A DNA stretch of 64,000 nucleotides from Candidatus Sulfomarinibacteraceae bacterium (lineage in GTDB: Bacteria > Acidobacteriota > Thermoanaerobaculia > Thermoanaerobaculales > Sulfomarinibacteraceae): contig CAWCLO010000001.1 of the NCBI GenBank assembly GCA_963796455.1, positions 160,001 through 224,000 on the forward strand. The letters are read 5' to 3'. Shown one piece after another: positions 10,602-21,430 of the stretch (within the stretch, counting starts at the first letter, position 1; the number at the start of each line of letters is the position of its first letter). A model generated the notes under the pieces. It made no database searches. It saw only the letters and a list, made by a program, of their open reading frames with translations, and was not told the DNA's origin. Position numbers and translations under genes: made by a program.

Positions 10602-11632
10602 GGCCGGGATTCACCACCCTCCGCCCACGGTGACCGAGAAAAAAGGAACCCACCCAACACCCGGGAGCCATTCTCGTTCATATGCACGGGATCGCCATAA
10701 ACCTCGTCGATGGTGAGACCACGGTCGACAAGGTGAGTGCGGAAGTCGAAGGCTTCGATGCCGCGCCGCCGGAGAGTTTCCTCCCACCATTCCGCTTTTT
10801 CCGGTGGGCCGTAGATCTCGTCGCGGTGGGGAATCACGATCGCTGAAAACCGAACGCCGCGAGACACAGTCAGATCCCGCAGCCGCGCCACGACAGCGTC
10901 GGCCACCGCCTCGACCTCCTCATCATCCAGACACCGGTCGCCGATGGCGCGCGGTAGCCATCCGGACCCGGGCGCAAGGTCATGGATTTTCCAGATCCAA
11001 GGTCCAAGAGGGCTGGTTTCGAGGTGGTTGCGGGCGCAGTTGGGGGCAATCGGAACCGAGGTGAGGGAAAGGGAATTGCCGTTCATTTCAAAGAGCGGCT
11101 TTTTCTTACCCTCCGCGAAATTGCAGCGGCAGTTGCCGAGATCGTTGTCCGAGCACACGACAAAGATGACCCAGCGAAGATCCGGGAGACGATCGATCTC
11201 GTGTTGGAGTCGCAGCAGGGTCTGGTCGGGCCCGTAGCCGGCCACCCCGAGATTCTGCACCTGGACACCGAAGGGTGCGACCAGAGCGCCGAGTGCGGCG
11301 GAGGGCGTCCGGTCATTGGCCAGACCGATGCCGAAGACCACCGAATCGCCGATCATGGCGATGGTCGGCACATTCGGCCGGATTTCGGGGGAACGAAAGC
11401 CCGCCGTGTTGAAGCGGATGCCCCCGTGATCCGGCGTGAAATAGTCGGGTATGGGCGCCCACCCGAGCCCGCTGTCGAATTGAATCCCCGCCGCGCCGGG
11501 GTGTGGGCCCCAATTTTTGAGGCGGATCCAATGAACGCCCTCCACCAGGGCGATCACGAGAATCGCTGTCGCAAGACCGGATATCAGAGCCAGTACCCAC
11601 AACCGCAACAGACGACGGAAGCTTCGATTCAT
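10553..11632 (-). CDS. SGNH/GDSL hydrolase family protein, membrane-anchored
   Basis: IGDSVVFG, NLGVAGYG, DND and DPVHMN blocks; N-terminal TM segment. Confidence 0.8.
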   Translation of the reverse strand: MNRSFRRLLRLWVLALISGLATAILVIALVEGVHWIRLKNWGPHPGAAGIQFDSGLGWAPIPDYFTPDHGGIRFNTAGFRSPEIRPNVPTIAMIGDSVVFGIGLANDRTPSAALGALVAPFGVQVQNLGVAGYGPDQTLLRLQHEIDRLPDLRWVIFVVCSDNDLGNCRCNFAEGKKKPLFEMNGNSLSLTSVPIAPNCARNHLETSPLGPWIWKIHDLAPGSGWLPRAIGDRCLDDEEVEAVADAVVARLRDLTVSRGVRFSAIVIPHRDEIYGPPEKAEWWEETLRRRGIEAFDFRTHLVDRGLTIDEVYGDPVHMNENGSRVLGGFLFSRSPWAEGGESRPQSTRTVIDDGRSADR

Positions 11633-11663
11633 CACCACACTGTCTCAATTATATAAAACGCGA

Positions 11664-12995
11664 CTACTCGGCCCGGAAGAGCTGCCACTGATCGCTGACA
11701 CCCTTCAATTGGTGCGTGCCGTGATCGACAAAGGTCAGCCCCGACCCGGCGACAAGATCCTTGACGGTCCTCGACACCAACACCTGGCCGGCCTCCGCGA
11801 GACCGGCCACCCGAGCGCCGATATGGACGGCGATTCCCGCCAGCTTTTCACCGGACCGTTCACACTCGCCGGTGTGAATCCCGGCGCGGATTTCGATCCC
11901 GAGCGGGCGCAGGGAGTCTCGGATCGCCTTGGCGCATCGCACCCCCTTTGCGGGGCCCTCGAAGGACGCCAGAAATCCATCCCCGGCAGTATCGATCTCA
12001 TGGCCCTGGAAGTGGGCCAGCTCGCGTCGAACCACGACATGGTGGCGCTCGAGCAACTCCCGCCACGCCGAGTCACCGAGTCGCTCCGCCTGGGCGGTGG
12101 CACCGACGATATCGGTGAAGAGGACCGTTGCCAGCACCCGTTCTGCTTCGGGTTGCACTCTGCTCCCGGTCAGGAATTCCTCCACCGGGCCCAGCATCGC
12201 CTCGATATCTCCCGAATGAAAGAAATGATCCTCACCGGGGAGCTCGACGTAGTGCGAACCCTCGATGTGGTCGGCCAGGTAGCGGCCGTTGCCAACCACC
12301 ACATAGCGGTTGCCGGCGCGATGGAGCACCAGGGTCGGCACACGTATGGTGGGGAGCACCCACCGGAAGTCACGGTTATAGGTCAGCGGATAAACTCGGT
12401 TGAATTGTCCCGGGCTCATGGCCAGTCTTTCAAAACGTCCCCGCCACTTGATGAATGCGGGATCTACCGCCAACGTCGGGGCACCGACCGTCGATGTTCC
12501 GCCGGTTCCCCACGCGCCCAGAATCCCCTCGATCAAATGCGGGACCACCGATTCCGGAACTCCACAGGGATAGTCATCAGCCTGGATACGTCTGGCGTAG
12601 GCGTCGGCGAGGACGAGTGCCGTGACCCTGTCCGGATGGGTGGCAGCGAAGAGCATGGCCATGGAAGCACCATCCCCATGCCCGAAAATCACCGCCTGCC
12701 GGCTGTCTGCCGCATCCATGACGGTGCCGACGTCATACATCCACTCTTCCCAGGTTGGAATCGCGCCCAATGGCACAGGGTCGGAGAGACCGGTGCCGCG
12801 TTTGTCAAAGCAGATCACCCGTGCGAAACGAGCCAGACGCTCGATGAAAGCGGCCAGGCTCGGGTCCTCCCACATGATGTCGAGGTTGCCGACCCAATCC
12901 GGCACGAAGACGAGATCCAATGGACCGTCACCGCAGATCTGGTAGGCCACCGACTCACCATCGGGGTTGGACGCGTATCTGATTTCACTTCTCAT
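11664..12995 (-). CDS. Alpha/beta-hydrolase fused to class III adenylate/guanylate cyclase (LipJ-like)
   Basis: FDKRGTGLSD in the N-domain; LFTDIVG, TAGDG, IRAGIHTGE and VHIGARV in the cyclase domain. Confidence 0.92.
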   Translation of the reverse strand: MRSEIRYASNPDGESVAYQICGDGPLDLVFVPDWVGNLDIMWEDPSLAAFIERLARFARVICFDKRGTGLSDPVPLGAIPTWEEWMYDVGTVMDAADSRQAVIFGHGDGASMAMLFAATHPDRVTALVLADAYARRIQADDYPCGVPESVVPHLIEGILGAWGTGGTSTVGAPTLAVDPAFIKWRGRFERLAMSPGQFNRVYPLTYNRDFRWVLPTIRVPTLVLHRAGNRYVVVGNGRYLADHIEGSHYVELPGEDHFFHSGDIEAMLGPVEEFLTGSRVQPEAERVLATVLFTDIVGATAQAERLGDSAWRELLERHHVVVRRELAHFQGHEIDTAGDGFLASFEGPAKGVRCAKAIRDSLRPLGIEIRAGIHTGECERSGEKLAGIAVHIGARVAGLAEAGQVLVSRTVKDLVAGSGLTFVDHGTHQLKGVSDQWQLFRAE

Positions 12996-13086
12996 GATGA
13001 GAAACGAGTATATATGGGCGGAGAGCCAGATCTGCCCCGCCTTGCCGTTGGCCGCGATATAGAGCCTGATACCTTAAGCTGCAACG

Positions 13087-14883
13087 ATGTGTGGAGTTGC
13101 CGGCATTGCCGGAGAATTGGCGGAGTGTGGGCTCGTGAAGGAAATGAGCTCGCGGCTCGTGCATCGAGGCCCCGACGATTCCGGGATTTTCGAAGACGAG
13201 GGCGTCTGCCTTGGTCATCGCAGGTTGTCGATCCTCGACCTCTCGTCGGCAGGACACCAACCGATGACCCTCGGGCCGTACACCCTGGTCTACAACGGCG
13301 AGCTCTACAATTTTCACGATCTCCGAAAAACTCTCCCCGGCCCGTTCCATTCCAACAGCGACACTGAGGTCCTGCTCCATCTCTGGGCTCGTGACGGCAA
13401 GGCGTGTCTCGATCGACTGGTCGGCATGTTCGCTTTTGCGATCTGGGACCGCGACGCCCGCGAGCTGACGCTGGTTCGCGATCGTCTGGGCATCAAGCCG
13501 TTGCTCTATCGACAGGTGGAGGGATCCATCGCTTTCGCGTCGCAACTGAGAGCGCTGGTCGACCTCGACGGAAGATTCGATCACCCGTCAATCGATCCCA
13601 CCTCGGTCAGGGACTTCTTTTCCTACAAGTACATTCCCACACCGAAGACCATCTACCGCGGCGTGTACAAGCTCCCACCCGCCCACCTGCTGAGCTATCG
13701 TCTCGACGACAAAAACCTCGTATTCGAGCGCTACTGGCAACCTGAAAGCCACCAAGACGTCGTTGACATCGACCGGGCATCGCAGGAGTTCGAGCAACTT
13801 CTGACCGGCGTCGTGTCGCAACACACATTGTCGGACGCACCGGTGGGCGTCTTCCTGAGCGGCGGCCTCGATTCGACCAGCCTGACCGCCAATCTGGCCA
13901 GCAACGGAGAGCTCGTCACACCCAGCACCTTCACTCTCGGATTCGATGTCGCCTCACACGACGAAGCGGAGGCCGCCCGTGAGATCGCGCGACACCTCGG
14001 GTGCCGTCATCACGAGGAGCGCGCAACAGGGTTCGAACTCGACTCCACGCTCGACCGATACCTCGATGTCTTCGACGAGCCCTTCGGCGACCACGGGGCG
14101 TGGCCGATGGTGATGGTCTCCGAACTCGCCCAACGGCAGGTCAAGGTGGCCCTCTCGGGAGAAGGTGGCGACGAATTGTTTGCCGGCTACCAGTGGTATG
14201 ACAAAGTGCCACGCTTCAGATCCAATTGGTGGCAGAAAACACTCGCCGGAACCCTCCCGCCATTGTGGGCCGCAAGCCGCTCCGCGCAGCGGCGAGCCGC
14301 TACGGGTCTCGATCGCTACGCCATGTTCATGGGCCCTTTCACCCCGGCTCAGAAACGGTTCATGATCGCACCGGAACTGATGTCCGATGCTTACGACGAC
14401 CTCTGGTACTTTCGCAAATACTGGAGGGAGGACCTGTCACCCATCAAGGCGATGCAGTGGGTGGATGTTCACACCTATCTGCTCGACGATATGCTCACCA
14501 AAGTCGACCATGCCAGCATGTCGGTCTCCCTCGAGGCGCGCCCACCATTTGTCGATCATCGGATGGTCGAGTTCGCTCTTTCACTCCACCCCGATCTCCT
14601 GCGGCGCGGTGGCCTCGGCAAGATCCTCACCCGGCGATACCTCGAAGGAAAGGTCCCGAAAGACGTTCTGAACCGTCGCAAGATCGGCTTCTCGATGCCC
14701 GCCCGAAGATGGGTTTTGCGAGAGCCTACCCGAATGAAGAGGACCTGCAACCGCCTTTTTCACGCCGGCGTGCTCGCGAGGAAGACACCTGGGACCATCC
14801 GCCGAATGCCCTTCAACAACGAACAAACCTGGAGTCTCATGGTGCTCGATCGCTGGCTGCAAAGGAATGGCGTGAGCCTTTAG
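13087..14883 (+). CDS. asnB: Asparagine synthase (glutamine-hydrolysing) family amidotransferase
   Basis: N-terminal MCG, HRGPD, HRRLSILD, NGELYN, RDRLGIKPL, LSGGLDS, SGEGGDELF. Confidence 0.9.
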   Translation: MCGVAGIAGELAECGLVKEMSSRLVHRGPDDSGIFEDEGVCLGHRRLSILDLSSAGHQPMTLGPYTLVYNGELYNFHDLRKTLPGPFHSNSDTEVLLHLWARDGKACLDRLVGMFAFAIWDRDARELTLVRDRLGIKPLLYRQVEGSIAFASQLRALVDLDGRFDHPSIDPTSVRDFFSYKYIPTPKTIYRGVYKLPPAHLLSYRLDDKNLVFERYWQPESHQDVVDIDRASQEFEQLLTGVVSQHTLSDAPVGVFLSGGLDSTSLTANLASNGELVTPSTFTLGFDVASHDEAEAAREIARHLGCRHHEERATGFELDSTLDRYLDVFDEPFGDHGAWPMVMVSELAQRQVKVALSGEGGDELFAGYQWYDKVPRFRSNWWQKTLAGTLPPLWAASRSAQRRAATGLDRYAMFMGPFTPAQKRFMIAPELMSDAYDDLWYFRKYWREDLSPIKAMQWVDVHTYLLDDMLTKVDHASMSVSLEARPPFVDHRMVEFALSLHPDLLRRGGLGKILTRRYLEGKVPKDVLNRRKIGFSMPARRWVLREPTRMKRTCNRLFHAGVLARKTPGTIRRMPFNNEQTWSLMVLDRWLQRNGVSL

Positions 14884-14915
14884 GTGACGGTAATCCCCTG
14901 CTTGAGGCATGGGGT

Positions 14916-16259
14916 TCAGAACGCGTGGCCTGCCATGACCCACAATCCGACGCCTTCAGCGGAGACGCCCAAATCGAGACGGATCACGATTCGCCGGAGG
15001 AGGGTCCGCATGCCGATTCCCACATCCCATTTCAGATCCCGGTGGAGCTCACTGAGCGACCAGGTGGGCGAGACCCGTCCCACCTCGGCGAAGGCCACGA
15101 GTTGCCACCAGTCGAATCGATAGCGGCCGATCTGATCCAATTTGTTCATCGGTGATCGCTTCGGGATGAATCGAAACTCGGCGCTGGAGTAGATCGCCGC
15201 CTTGTCGTGGAAGCGGTGAATTCGATAACCCCTCATGCGATACAGACCGCCGAGGCGTGCTCCCTCGAAATAGGGTGGGGCGCCGGAAACCGAGGGGGAC
15301 CCCTCTCCGTCTTCGGTGGATTTCCAGGTCGGCGTATCGATCGCCCAGATCGTGAAGGCGAGCACCCGTTGCTTGGTTCGTTTTCCCGCGCCCAGTTTGA
15401 TGAATTTCGAATACTCACCCTCGATGGTCGTCCATTTGTCCGAGTTGCCGTACCAACCGAAATCTCGGCGAATGTTGACGATTTTACGGCTGCCTTGGGA
15501 GGGGTTGAGGAGGAAGTCGGTGTTGTCGTGCTCGAGAGTCAGCGAGAGACCGCTGGTCGTATAGGGCCGTTCCCCGTATTCACCATTCAGGGTCTGATCC
15601 CGAAGGAAGATATCGAGGCCGATGTAACTGCGGCCGCTTTTAAGGGGGCTCCAATTCCAGCCACCCGTGGCACCGGATTCCAGGAGACCGTCTTCGACCA
15701 CGAATGTATTGATGATCGGGTCGCGACCGCCACCCATTGGCAGCAGGTAACGGAAATCGAGGTAGGCGAACCCGTCACGCGCCGGAGTCACGATGAAATT
15801 TTCTTTTGAGGAGTCGTTGTTGCCGGCCCTCTCGTCGACGTAGTCAGGATTCCCGGGGACGTAGGATCTGAGTCCGGAATATCTCACGTAGGCGATGGTG
15901 GTATCGAGGAACAGGCGCTTGATCGGTCGGATCTGCAGGTTGCTGGTCTTGCCGAAAACTCCGAAGGTGGCATTCGTGCTCCCGAGAGCGGAGCCCGCCA
16001 GGCTGAGTTGAGGCTGCCCATGGCCGATGGACGCAAAACCGAGCCCGGCAGCAAGCTCGAATGTGTCGGTGTAGAACACGTAGGGTAGTGCGGCAAAGAC
16101 CTTCGCGGGTTCTTTGTCGAGGTGACCCGCCTGTCGGACAATGCCCTGAGCGCCTGCTCGATGGACAAAGGAGAGCATCAGCAGGACGGCAGCAACCAGG
16201 ATTCGACGATTGAGTGTCGGGCCACAGGCGGTGCCGGTACCGACGCGGCGATCCATCAT
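14916..16259 (-). CDS. Omp85/BamA-TamA superfamily outer-membrane beta-barrel (no POTRA domains seen)
   Basis: LGG..RMRGY...RF.D motif, amphipathic strands, C-terminal Phe; start uncertain. Confidence 0.75.
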   Translation of the reverse strand: MMDRRVGTGTACGPTLNRRILVAAVLLMLSFVHRAGAQGIVRQAGHLDKEPAKVFAALPYVFYTDTFELAAGLGFASIGHGQPQLSLAGSALGSTNATFGVFGKTSNLQIRPIKRLFLDTTIAYVRYSGLRSYVPGNPDYVDERAGNNDSSKENFIVTPARDGFAYLDFRYLLPMGGGRDPIINTFVVEDGLLESGATGGWNWSPLKSGRSYIGLDIFLRDQTLNGEYGERPYTTSGLSLTLEHDNTDFLLNPSQGSRKIVNIRRDFGWYGNSDKWTTIEGEYSKFIKLGAGKRTKQRVLAFTIWAIDTPTWKSTEDGEGSPSVSGAPPYFEGARLGGLYRMRGYRIHRFHDKAAIYSSAEFRFIPKRSPMNKLDQIGRYRFDWWQLVAFAEVGRVSPTWSLSELHRDLKWDVGIGMRTLLRRIVIRLDLGVSAEGVGLWVMAGHAF

Positions 16260-16462
16260 TTGATACGCACGCCTACCCACCGATCGGATCTCTGGACGAA
16301 ACCGTCCGAAACACGGCACTCTCCCCCTCAATGGGCTCACCGATATCCATTGTCAAATCGAGACAATCTCATCAACAATCGAGAATTGTGAAAACCCCCT
16401 CCGGTGACGATGATAACCCGGCAGGGAGCCGCTTCACTCGAAAATCAAAGTCACGAAGCGGA

Positions 16463-17290
16463 TCAGGCGAAATCGATCAGCACAATCCGGTGGCGGCTGA
16501 CAAACCCGGCCTTGGCAATGGCTTTCCGGCTGCCGATATTTTCCGCCTCGCAGGAACAGATCGGCTTGGCGTCCTGCTCGTAACAGAACTCCTTCGCTCG
16601 AGCGAGGATGTAATTCCCCACACCCTTGCGGCGGTGTTCCGCGGCCACGATCATGCCCAGGTCGGCATGGGGTTTTTGAGTCTGGCTGATCCTGCACTCG
16701 CTGGTCGCAATCAGATCTGCGCCATCGCGCAAAACGAAGATGCTGTGATCCCCCATCGTCGAACGGATATAGCCCTTGATGTCCTCGAAACCCGCTTCGA
16801 TGCTCTCGGTGTCCATGGACCCACTGGCCGCACAATAGTGTTTGAAGACATCGGTGAAGTCATCCTCGGTGGCGAGATCAAAGGAGAGCTGCGCAAAGCC
16901 ATCGAGTTCGGGCGACACCTTGTGATTGTCTTCGAACAAGAGCGTATGGACACGACAGCCCACCGCAATGTCCAAACAAAGGCTGAGGAAGAAGGGATCG
17001 TTGGTGCCTGCCAAAGCAACCGCAACGCCATGTTCGGCGACAACAAAGTCCAGGGCAGGCCTACCCATGGCGACAAAATCCCGGGTCAGGAAAAACGCCA
17101 CCAGTTGCTTGTCGTTATTCAGACAATAGAACCCGGCCCGGTCACCATCGACTTGGAGCTCATAGTGATCGGAGAGTCCGATCAACGCACCTTCCCAATA
17201 GGCATCGAGTGGCGCCGAGAGGGTTTGCAGGTATTCGGTCTTCAGTTCAGCCAGTTCACCGGAATTTTTTCGCAAGATCCCATTCAACAT
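16463..17290 (-). CDS. GNAT family N-acetyltransferase
   Basis: VAAEHRRKGVG motif A and NIGSRKAIAKAGF. Confidence 0.85.
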   Translation of the reverse strand: MLNGILRKNSGELAELKTEYLQTLSAPLDAYWEGALIGLSDHYELQVDGDRAGFYCLNNDKQLVAFFLTRDFVAMGRPALDFVVAEHGVAVALAGTNDPFFLSLCLDIAVGCRVHTLLFEDNHKVSPELDGFAQLSFDLATEDDFTDVFKHYCAASGSMDTESIEAGFEDIKGYIRSTMGDHSIFVLRDGADLIATSECRISQTQKPHADLGMIVAAEHRRKGVGNYILARAKEFCYEQDAKPICSCEAENIGSRKAIAKAGFVSRHRIVLIDFA

Positions 17291-17475
17291 TCGAGCTCTC
17301 TTTCATTTGTTCCGCACGATCTCGTCATCGTGAGGCACATCGACTTCGATCCGACCGCACCGGGGTGATCCTTCCGACCACCTGTCCGGCAAAGGGTGTA
17401 CCAGCGATCGTTATCGGTCAAGGCGGTTGTAGTAGAGTTTTCGGGCGCCGAAATGAGACGCTCTTGGAGGGGACA

Positions 17476-19569
17476 TTGCGCAAATTGTTTTTCCGATCCA
17501 CTTTTCCGATCGCCGTTTTTTCTCTCACACTGGGGATATTGAGCCCAGTGCCCGTCGAAGGCCAGGAACCCGATTACCACGACTTCGCATCAGTGGCCGC
17601 ACAGCTGGAGACATGGGCCGATCAGAATCCGGATATTCTCCAGGTAGAAATAATCGGCAAGTCGGCCGCAGGAGCGCCACTGCTGGTGGCGCGGGTGGCT
17701 TCTGCCGGCGCGGTCGATCCGAACAAAAGAACCGCGATCTTCGTCGGCGCCAACATCGCCGGCTTTCACAATGCGGGGACCGAAGCAACCCTGGACCTGT
17801 TGGAAACACTTCTGAACGGCGAAGCTGCCGGGCTTCTCGAAAAACACACGTTCTATATTGCGCCGGTACTCAACCCGGATGCCCACGACGCCATGTTCCG
17901 TTCACCGAAACAACGGCTGGCGGGCAATGGAGCCACCTGGTCTCCGGCGGGATGGAAGAACTCCTACGGGCTCGACCGCGATCTCGACGGTTTTGATAAT
18001 GAGGACGGGCCGAACGACCTCAACGGCGACGGGCTGATCACCATGATGCGGATCCCCGATCCGGCGGGACGGATGCTCCCTGACCCGGATGACCTCCGGG
18101 TCCTCATCTCAGCCGACCCGCTCGAGGGTCAGGTCGGGCTCTATCGGGTCGTGACCGAAGGCTCGGACGACGATGGTGACGGCTCGTTCAACGAGGACGG
18201 ACCGGGCGCCCTGGCCCCCGACCGGAACTTTGCCCACGGCTTTGAGTACGATCAGCCTGAAGGCGGGCCATGGGCGAGCTTTGTGCCCGAGACCCAGGCG
18301 ATCATGGACTTCCTCCTCGAACGTAGGAACATCGCGGTGGCAGTGGTCTACGGTCCGGCCAACAATCTTCTGGCCGCTCCCCGCGGCTTTGGCGGCGGCG
18401 GTGATACCGGCTCGCTCAAGATCAAGGTGCCCGAGAGGTTTGCCGGAGCGCTGGGTCTCGACGCGGACCAGGAGTACACCGCTGACGAGATCTGGGAGCA
18501 GGCCAAGGACCATCCGATGGTGGTTCAGAACAACATCGGAAAGGAACAACTGATTCAATTCATGGGCGCCGGGCCCGCCACCAAAATGAACGACAACGAC
18601 CTCGGTTATCTGACCAAACTTGCCGATGCCTACAAGGAGCGGCTCGAAGAGGCCGGTCTCGACGCCAAACGTGCCGGCGAGCAATACGGACGTGGCGGAT
18701 TCACGCCGTGGTTGTACTACCAATACGGCGTGATGGCAGTCGAGCTGGATGTCTGGGGCGTGCCCAAGGCGCCAAAGGAAGAAACGGCCGAAGGCGAAGA
18801 GCCTCTCACGCTCGACAGTCTGGCCGATATGAGCGTCGAAGATTTCATGGCGCTCGGTGAGGAAAAGGTCGCGGCATTTCTGACCGAAATCGGCGCGCCT
18901 CCGCAGTTCACGGCCGCGGCGTTGATCGGCCGCGTCGAATCGGGTCAGGTGACTCCAAAAAAGATCGCCGAGATGGCGAAACAGATGGGGGCAGGTGACG
19001 CGGAAAAGAAGGGCGAGGACGGAGGCCCCAACGACCTGATGGTCTTCATTGACGAACACGCGCCGGACGCCTTTGTGGAATGGACCAAAGTGACCCTGCC
19101 CGACGGTTCCGAGGCGGAGGTCGGCGGCATCGATCCATTCATCGAAATCGCACCGCCCTATGCTCTGCTGCAGCCCGCGCTGAAGGTGCACACCCAAACC
19201 GTGCTGGAAGTGGCCAAGGGGCTCGCTCAGCTCGAGATCGTCCAACTCGAGTCTACGGAACTCGGTGCCGGTGTTTACCGCATCGAGGCGGTGGCCGCCA
19301 ACCGCGGGTTCTATCCGACCCACACCAAGATGGCACAACGGGCGCGAAGCCACCTGCCGGTGCGGCTCGAAATCACCCTTCCGGATGACGTTGATCTCGT
19401 GACCGGTCACCGTTGGGTCACCGAGGAGCGGCTCGATGGAGAAGGCGGGACCATGACGGCAGAGTGGATGGTCCGTGTCCAGGGCTCGTCGACCGAGATC
19501 ATCGTCGATGCGATCTCTGACAACGCGGGTCACGATCGGAGGACCCTGGTACTTGGGGGGAGGAAATGA
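17476..19569 (+). CDS. M14 zinc carboxypeptidase-like protein with degenerate metal ligands
   Basis: GGAGG RBS plus TTG start, signal peptide, IGKS, PVLNPD, DRNF; ANIAGFH replaces HxxE; DxDxDG repeats. Confidence 0.8.
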   Translation: MRKLFFRSTFPIAVFSLTLGILSPVPVEGQEPDYHDFASVAAQLETWADQNPDILQVEIIGKSAAGAPLLVARVASAGAVDPNKRTAIFVGANIAGFHNAGTEATLDLLETLLNGEAAGLLEKHTFYIAPVLNPDAHDAMFRSPKQRLAGNGATWSPAGWKNSYGLDRDLDGFDNEDGPNDLNGDGLITMMRIPDPAGRMLPDPDDLRVLISADPLEGQVGLYRVVTEGSDDDGDGSFNEDGPGALAPDRNFAHGFEYDQPEGGPWASFVPETQAIMDFLLERRNIAVAVVYGPANNLLAAPRGFGGGGDTGSLKIKVPERFAGALGLDADQEYTADEIWEQAKDHPMVVQNNIGKEQLIQFMGAGPATKMNDNDLGYLTKLADAYKERLEEAGLDAKRAGEQYGRGGFTPWLYYQYGVMAVELDVWGVPKAPKEETAEGEEPLTLDSLADMSVEDFMALGEEKVAAFLTEIGAPPQFTAAALIGRVESGQVTPKKIAEMAKQMGAGDAEKKGEDGGPNDLMVFIDEHAPDAFVEWTKVTLPDGSEAEVGGIDPFIEIAPPYALLQPALKVHTQTVLEVAKGLAQLEIVQLESTELGAGVYRIEAVAANRGFYPTHTKMAQRARSHLPVRLEITLPDDVDLVTGHRWVTEERLDGEGGTMTAEWMVRVQGSSTEIIVDAISDNAGHDRRTLVLGGRK

Positions 19570-21320
19570 CCATGGCTTTCACGACGACTCACGGTGTTTC
19601 CTGCCGCTCGTTTGTCTGTTTCCTCCTGATCGCGATCTGGGCCTTCGCCCCTTCCGCGATGGCGGTCGAACCGTTGCAGGCCAAGGTTCCACCGCCGGAC
19701 CCACAGTTCAATCGCCTCTATCCAAATGACGAAATCGTCGACTTTCTGAGCGGCTACGCAGCTTCCTATCCGGACTGGGTACGACTGGAAAGCATCGGTG
19801 AAGCCGGCGAGGGCGGCGAGATGTGGTTGGTGACGATCAACAACCCTGCCACCGGCAGCGAGCTCGACAAACCTGCCATGTATGTCGACGGCGCGACCCA
19901 CGCCAACGAGGTCCAGGGCACCGAAACGGTGCTCTATCTCATCGACTACATGCTCCGGAACTACGGCCGACTCGAACCGGTGACCGAAATCCTCGACCGC
20001 GCCGTCTTCTACTGCGTGCCGATGGTCAATCCCGACAGCCGGGCCAAGTGGTTCACCGAACCGTCAACCGCCAGCTATCCGCGTACAGTACCGATTCATA
20101 TCGACGACGACCGTGACGGCCGTGTCGACGAGGATGGCTACGACGATCTGAACGGCGACGGCGAGATCACCCAGATGCGGAAACGCGTGCCGCTCGGCGA
20201 AGGCGGCTACCGTCTTCATCCGAAGGACCCGAGACGACTGGTCGCCGTCGAGGAGGATGAACTCGGCGATTACATCCAGCTCGGCAACGAGGGTTTCGAC
20301 AACGATGGTGATGGACGCGTGAACGAGGACACCGTGGGCTATGTCGATCCCAATCGCACCTGGGGCTATGGCTGGCAGCCGCGCTACGTGCAAGGTGGGA
20401 CTACTCAATATCCACTCCAGATTCCCGAAACACGAAGCATCGCCCTGTGGGCCCTCGACCATCCGAACATCATCGCCTCGCAGAGCTTTCACAACACCGG
20501 GCGAATGATTTTGCGCGGCCCCGGCGCCAAGACCATGCGGCGCTACGAGGCCGCCGACCGGCGGGTCTTCGATCGAATCGGCGAAGAGGGCGAGAAGATC
20601 CTGCCCGGATACAACTACTACATTCTGTGGAAAGATCTCTACACGGCCTATGGCGGAACCGTCGACCATTTCTACGGAATCCACGGAGCGTTTTCGTTCA
20701 CCAACGAGCTCTTCGGCCCAGAACAGGATTTTGACGGCGACGGTTCGGTGAGCGACGAGGAGCGTTTCAAATTTGCCGACAGATTGACCCAGGGGCGGAT
20801 GCTCGTCGACTGGGAAGAGATCGACCACCCGCAGTACGGCACGATCGAGGTCGGCGGTTACCGTCACGACACCCGGCGCGTGCCCGAGGGTTGGATGCTC
20901 GAGGAGGATTGCCACCGCAACGCCTCCTTTGTCCTCTACCACGCATGGCAGATGCCGCGATTGAGTTTCGGCGAGCCGACAGTCGAGAACCTCGGTGGCA
21001 ACCTGTGGCGGCTCCACGTTCCGGTGCTCAACGATCGCGCGATCCCCTCCATGGCCGCGGTCGCGACCCGGCTCAAGATCCACCGGCCGGACATCGCATC
21101 CATCGAGGGGGCCACGGTGATCAGCAGCGGCATTGTCCAGAACGCCTACCTCGACAAGGTCGACGTTCAGAAGGACCGTCCTGAACGCCTGCTCGTCAGC
21201 GGCGTCCCGGGTCTCTCCACCGAAACGCTGTTCTTCCTCGTCGAGGGCAAGGGTGAGGTGACCGTGACCTACGACAGCCTCAAGGCGGGCACGATCCGGA
21301 GGACCATCTCGTTGCGTTAG
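19566..21320 (+). CDS. M14 family zinc carboxypeptidase
   Basis: DGATHANE, PMVNPD, DPNR, SFHN, FTNE; ATGA overlap with the upstream gene. Confidence 0.9.
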   Translation: MTMAFTTTHGVSCRSFVCFLLIAIWAFAPSAMAVEPLQAKVPPPDPQFNRLYPNDEIVDFLSGYAASYPDWVRLESIGEAGEGGEMWLVTINNPATGSELDKPAMYVDGATHANEVQGTETVLYLIDYMLRNYGRLEPVTEILDRAVFYCVPMVNPDSRAKWFTEPSTASYPRTVPIHIDDDRDGRVDEDGYDDLNGDGEITQMRKRVPLGEGGYRLHPKDPRRLVAVEEDELGDYIQLGNEGFDNDGDGRVNEDTVGYVDPNRTWGYGWQPRYVQGGTTQYPLQIPETRSIALWALDHPNIIASQSFHNTGRMILRGPGAKTMRRYEAADRRVFDRIGEEGEKILPGYNYYILWKDLYTAYGGTVDHFYGIHGAFSFTNELFGPEQDFDGDGSVSDEERFKFADRLTQGRMLVDWEEIDHPQYGTIEVGGYRHDTRRVPEGWMLEEDCHRNASFVLYHAWQMPRLSFGEPTVENLGGNLWRLHVPVLNDRAIPSMAAVATRLKIHRPDIASIEGATVISSGIVQNAYLDKVDVQKDRPERLLVSGVPGLSTETLFFLVEGKGEVTVTYDSLKAGTIRRTISLR

Positions 21321-21365
21321 CTGCGTCACGGCACAACATCCGCTTCGCGGATATGTCGGTACCCT

Positions 21366-21393
21366 AAGCGGGCGGGACTGGTCCCGCCCGTTT
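21366..21393 (+). terminator. Intrinsic terminator-like hairpin after the M14 pair
   Basis: AAGCGGGCGGGAC-TG-GTCCCGCCCGTTT. Confidence 0.55.
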
Positions 21394-21430
21394 ATGATGA
21401 GCGGGTTCGCGTGACCAAGCGGAGGTGAGG

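Noticed and set aside
11709..13367. 552-aa plus-strand ORF
   Set aside because: Antisense to the hydrolase-cyclase gene and overlapping asnB out of frame
13087..14883. Lasso peptide cyclase
   Set aside because: Intact N-terminal Cys glutaminase domain; no B protein, RRE or precursor nearby
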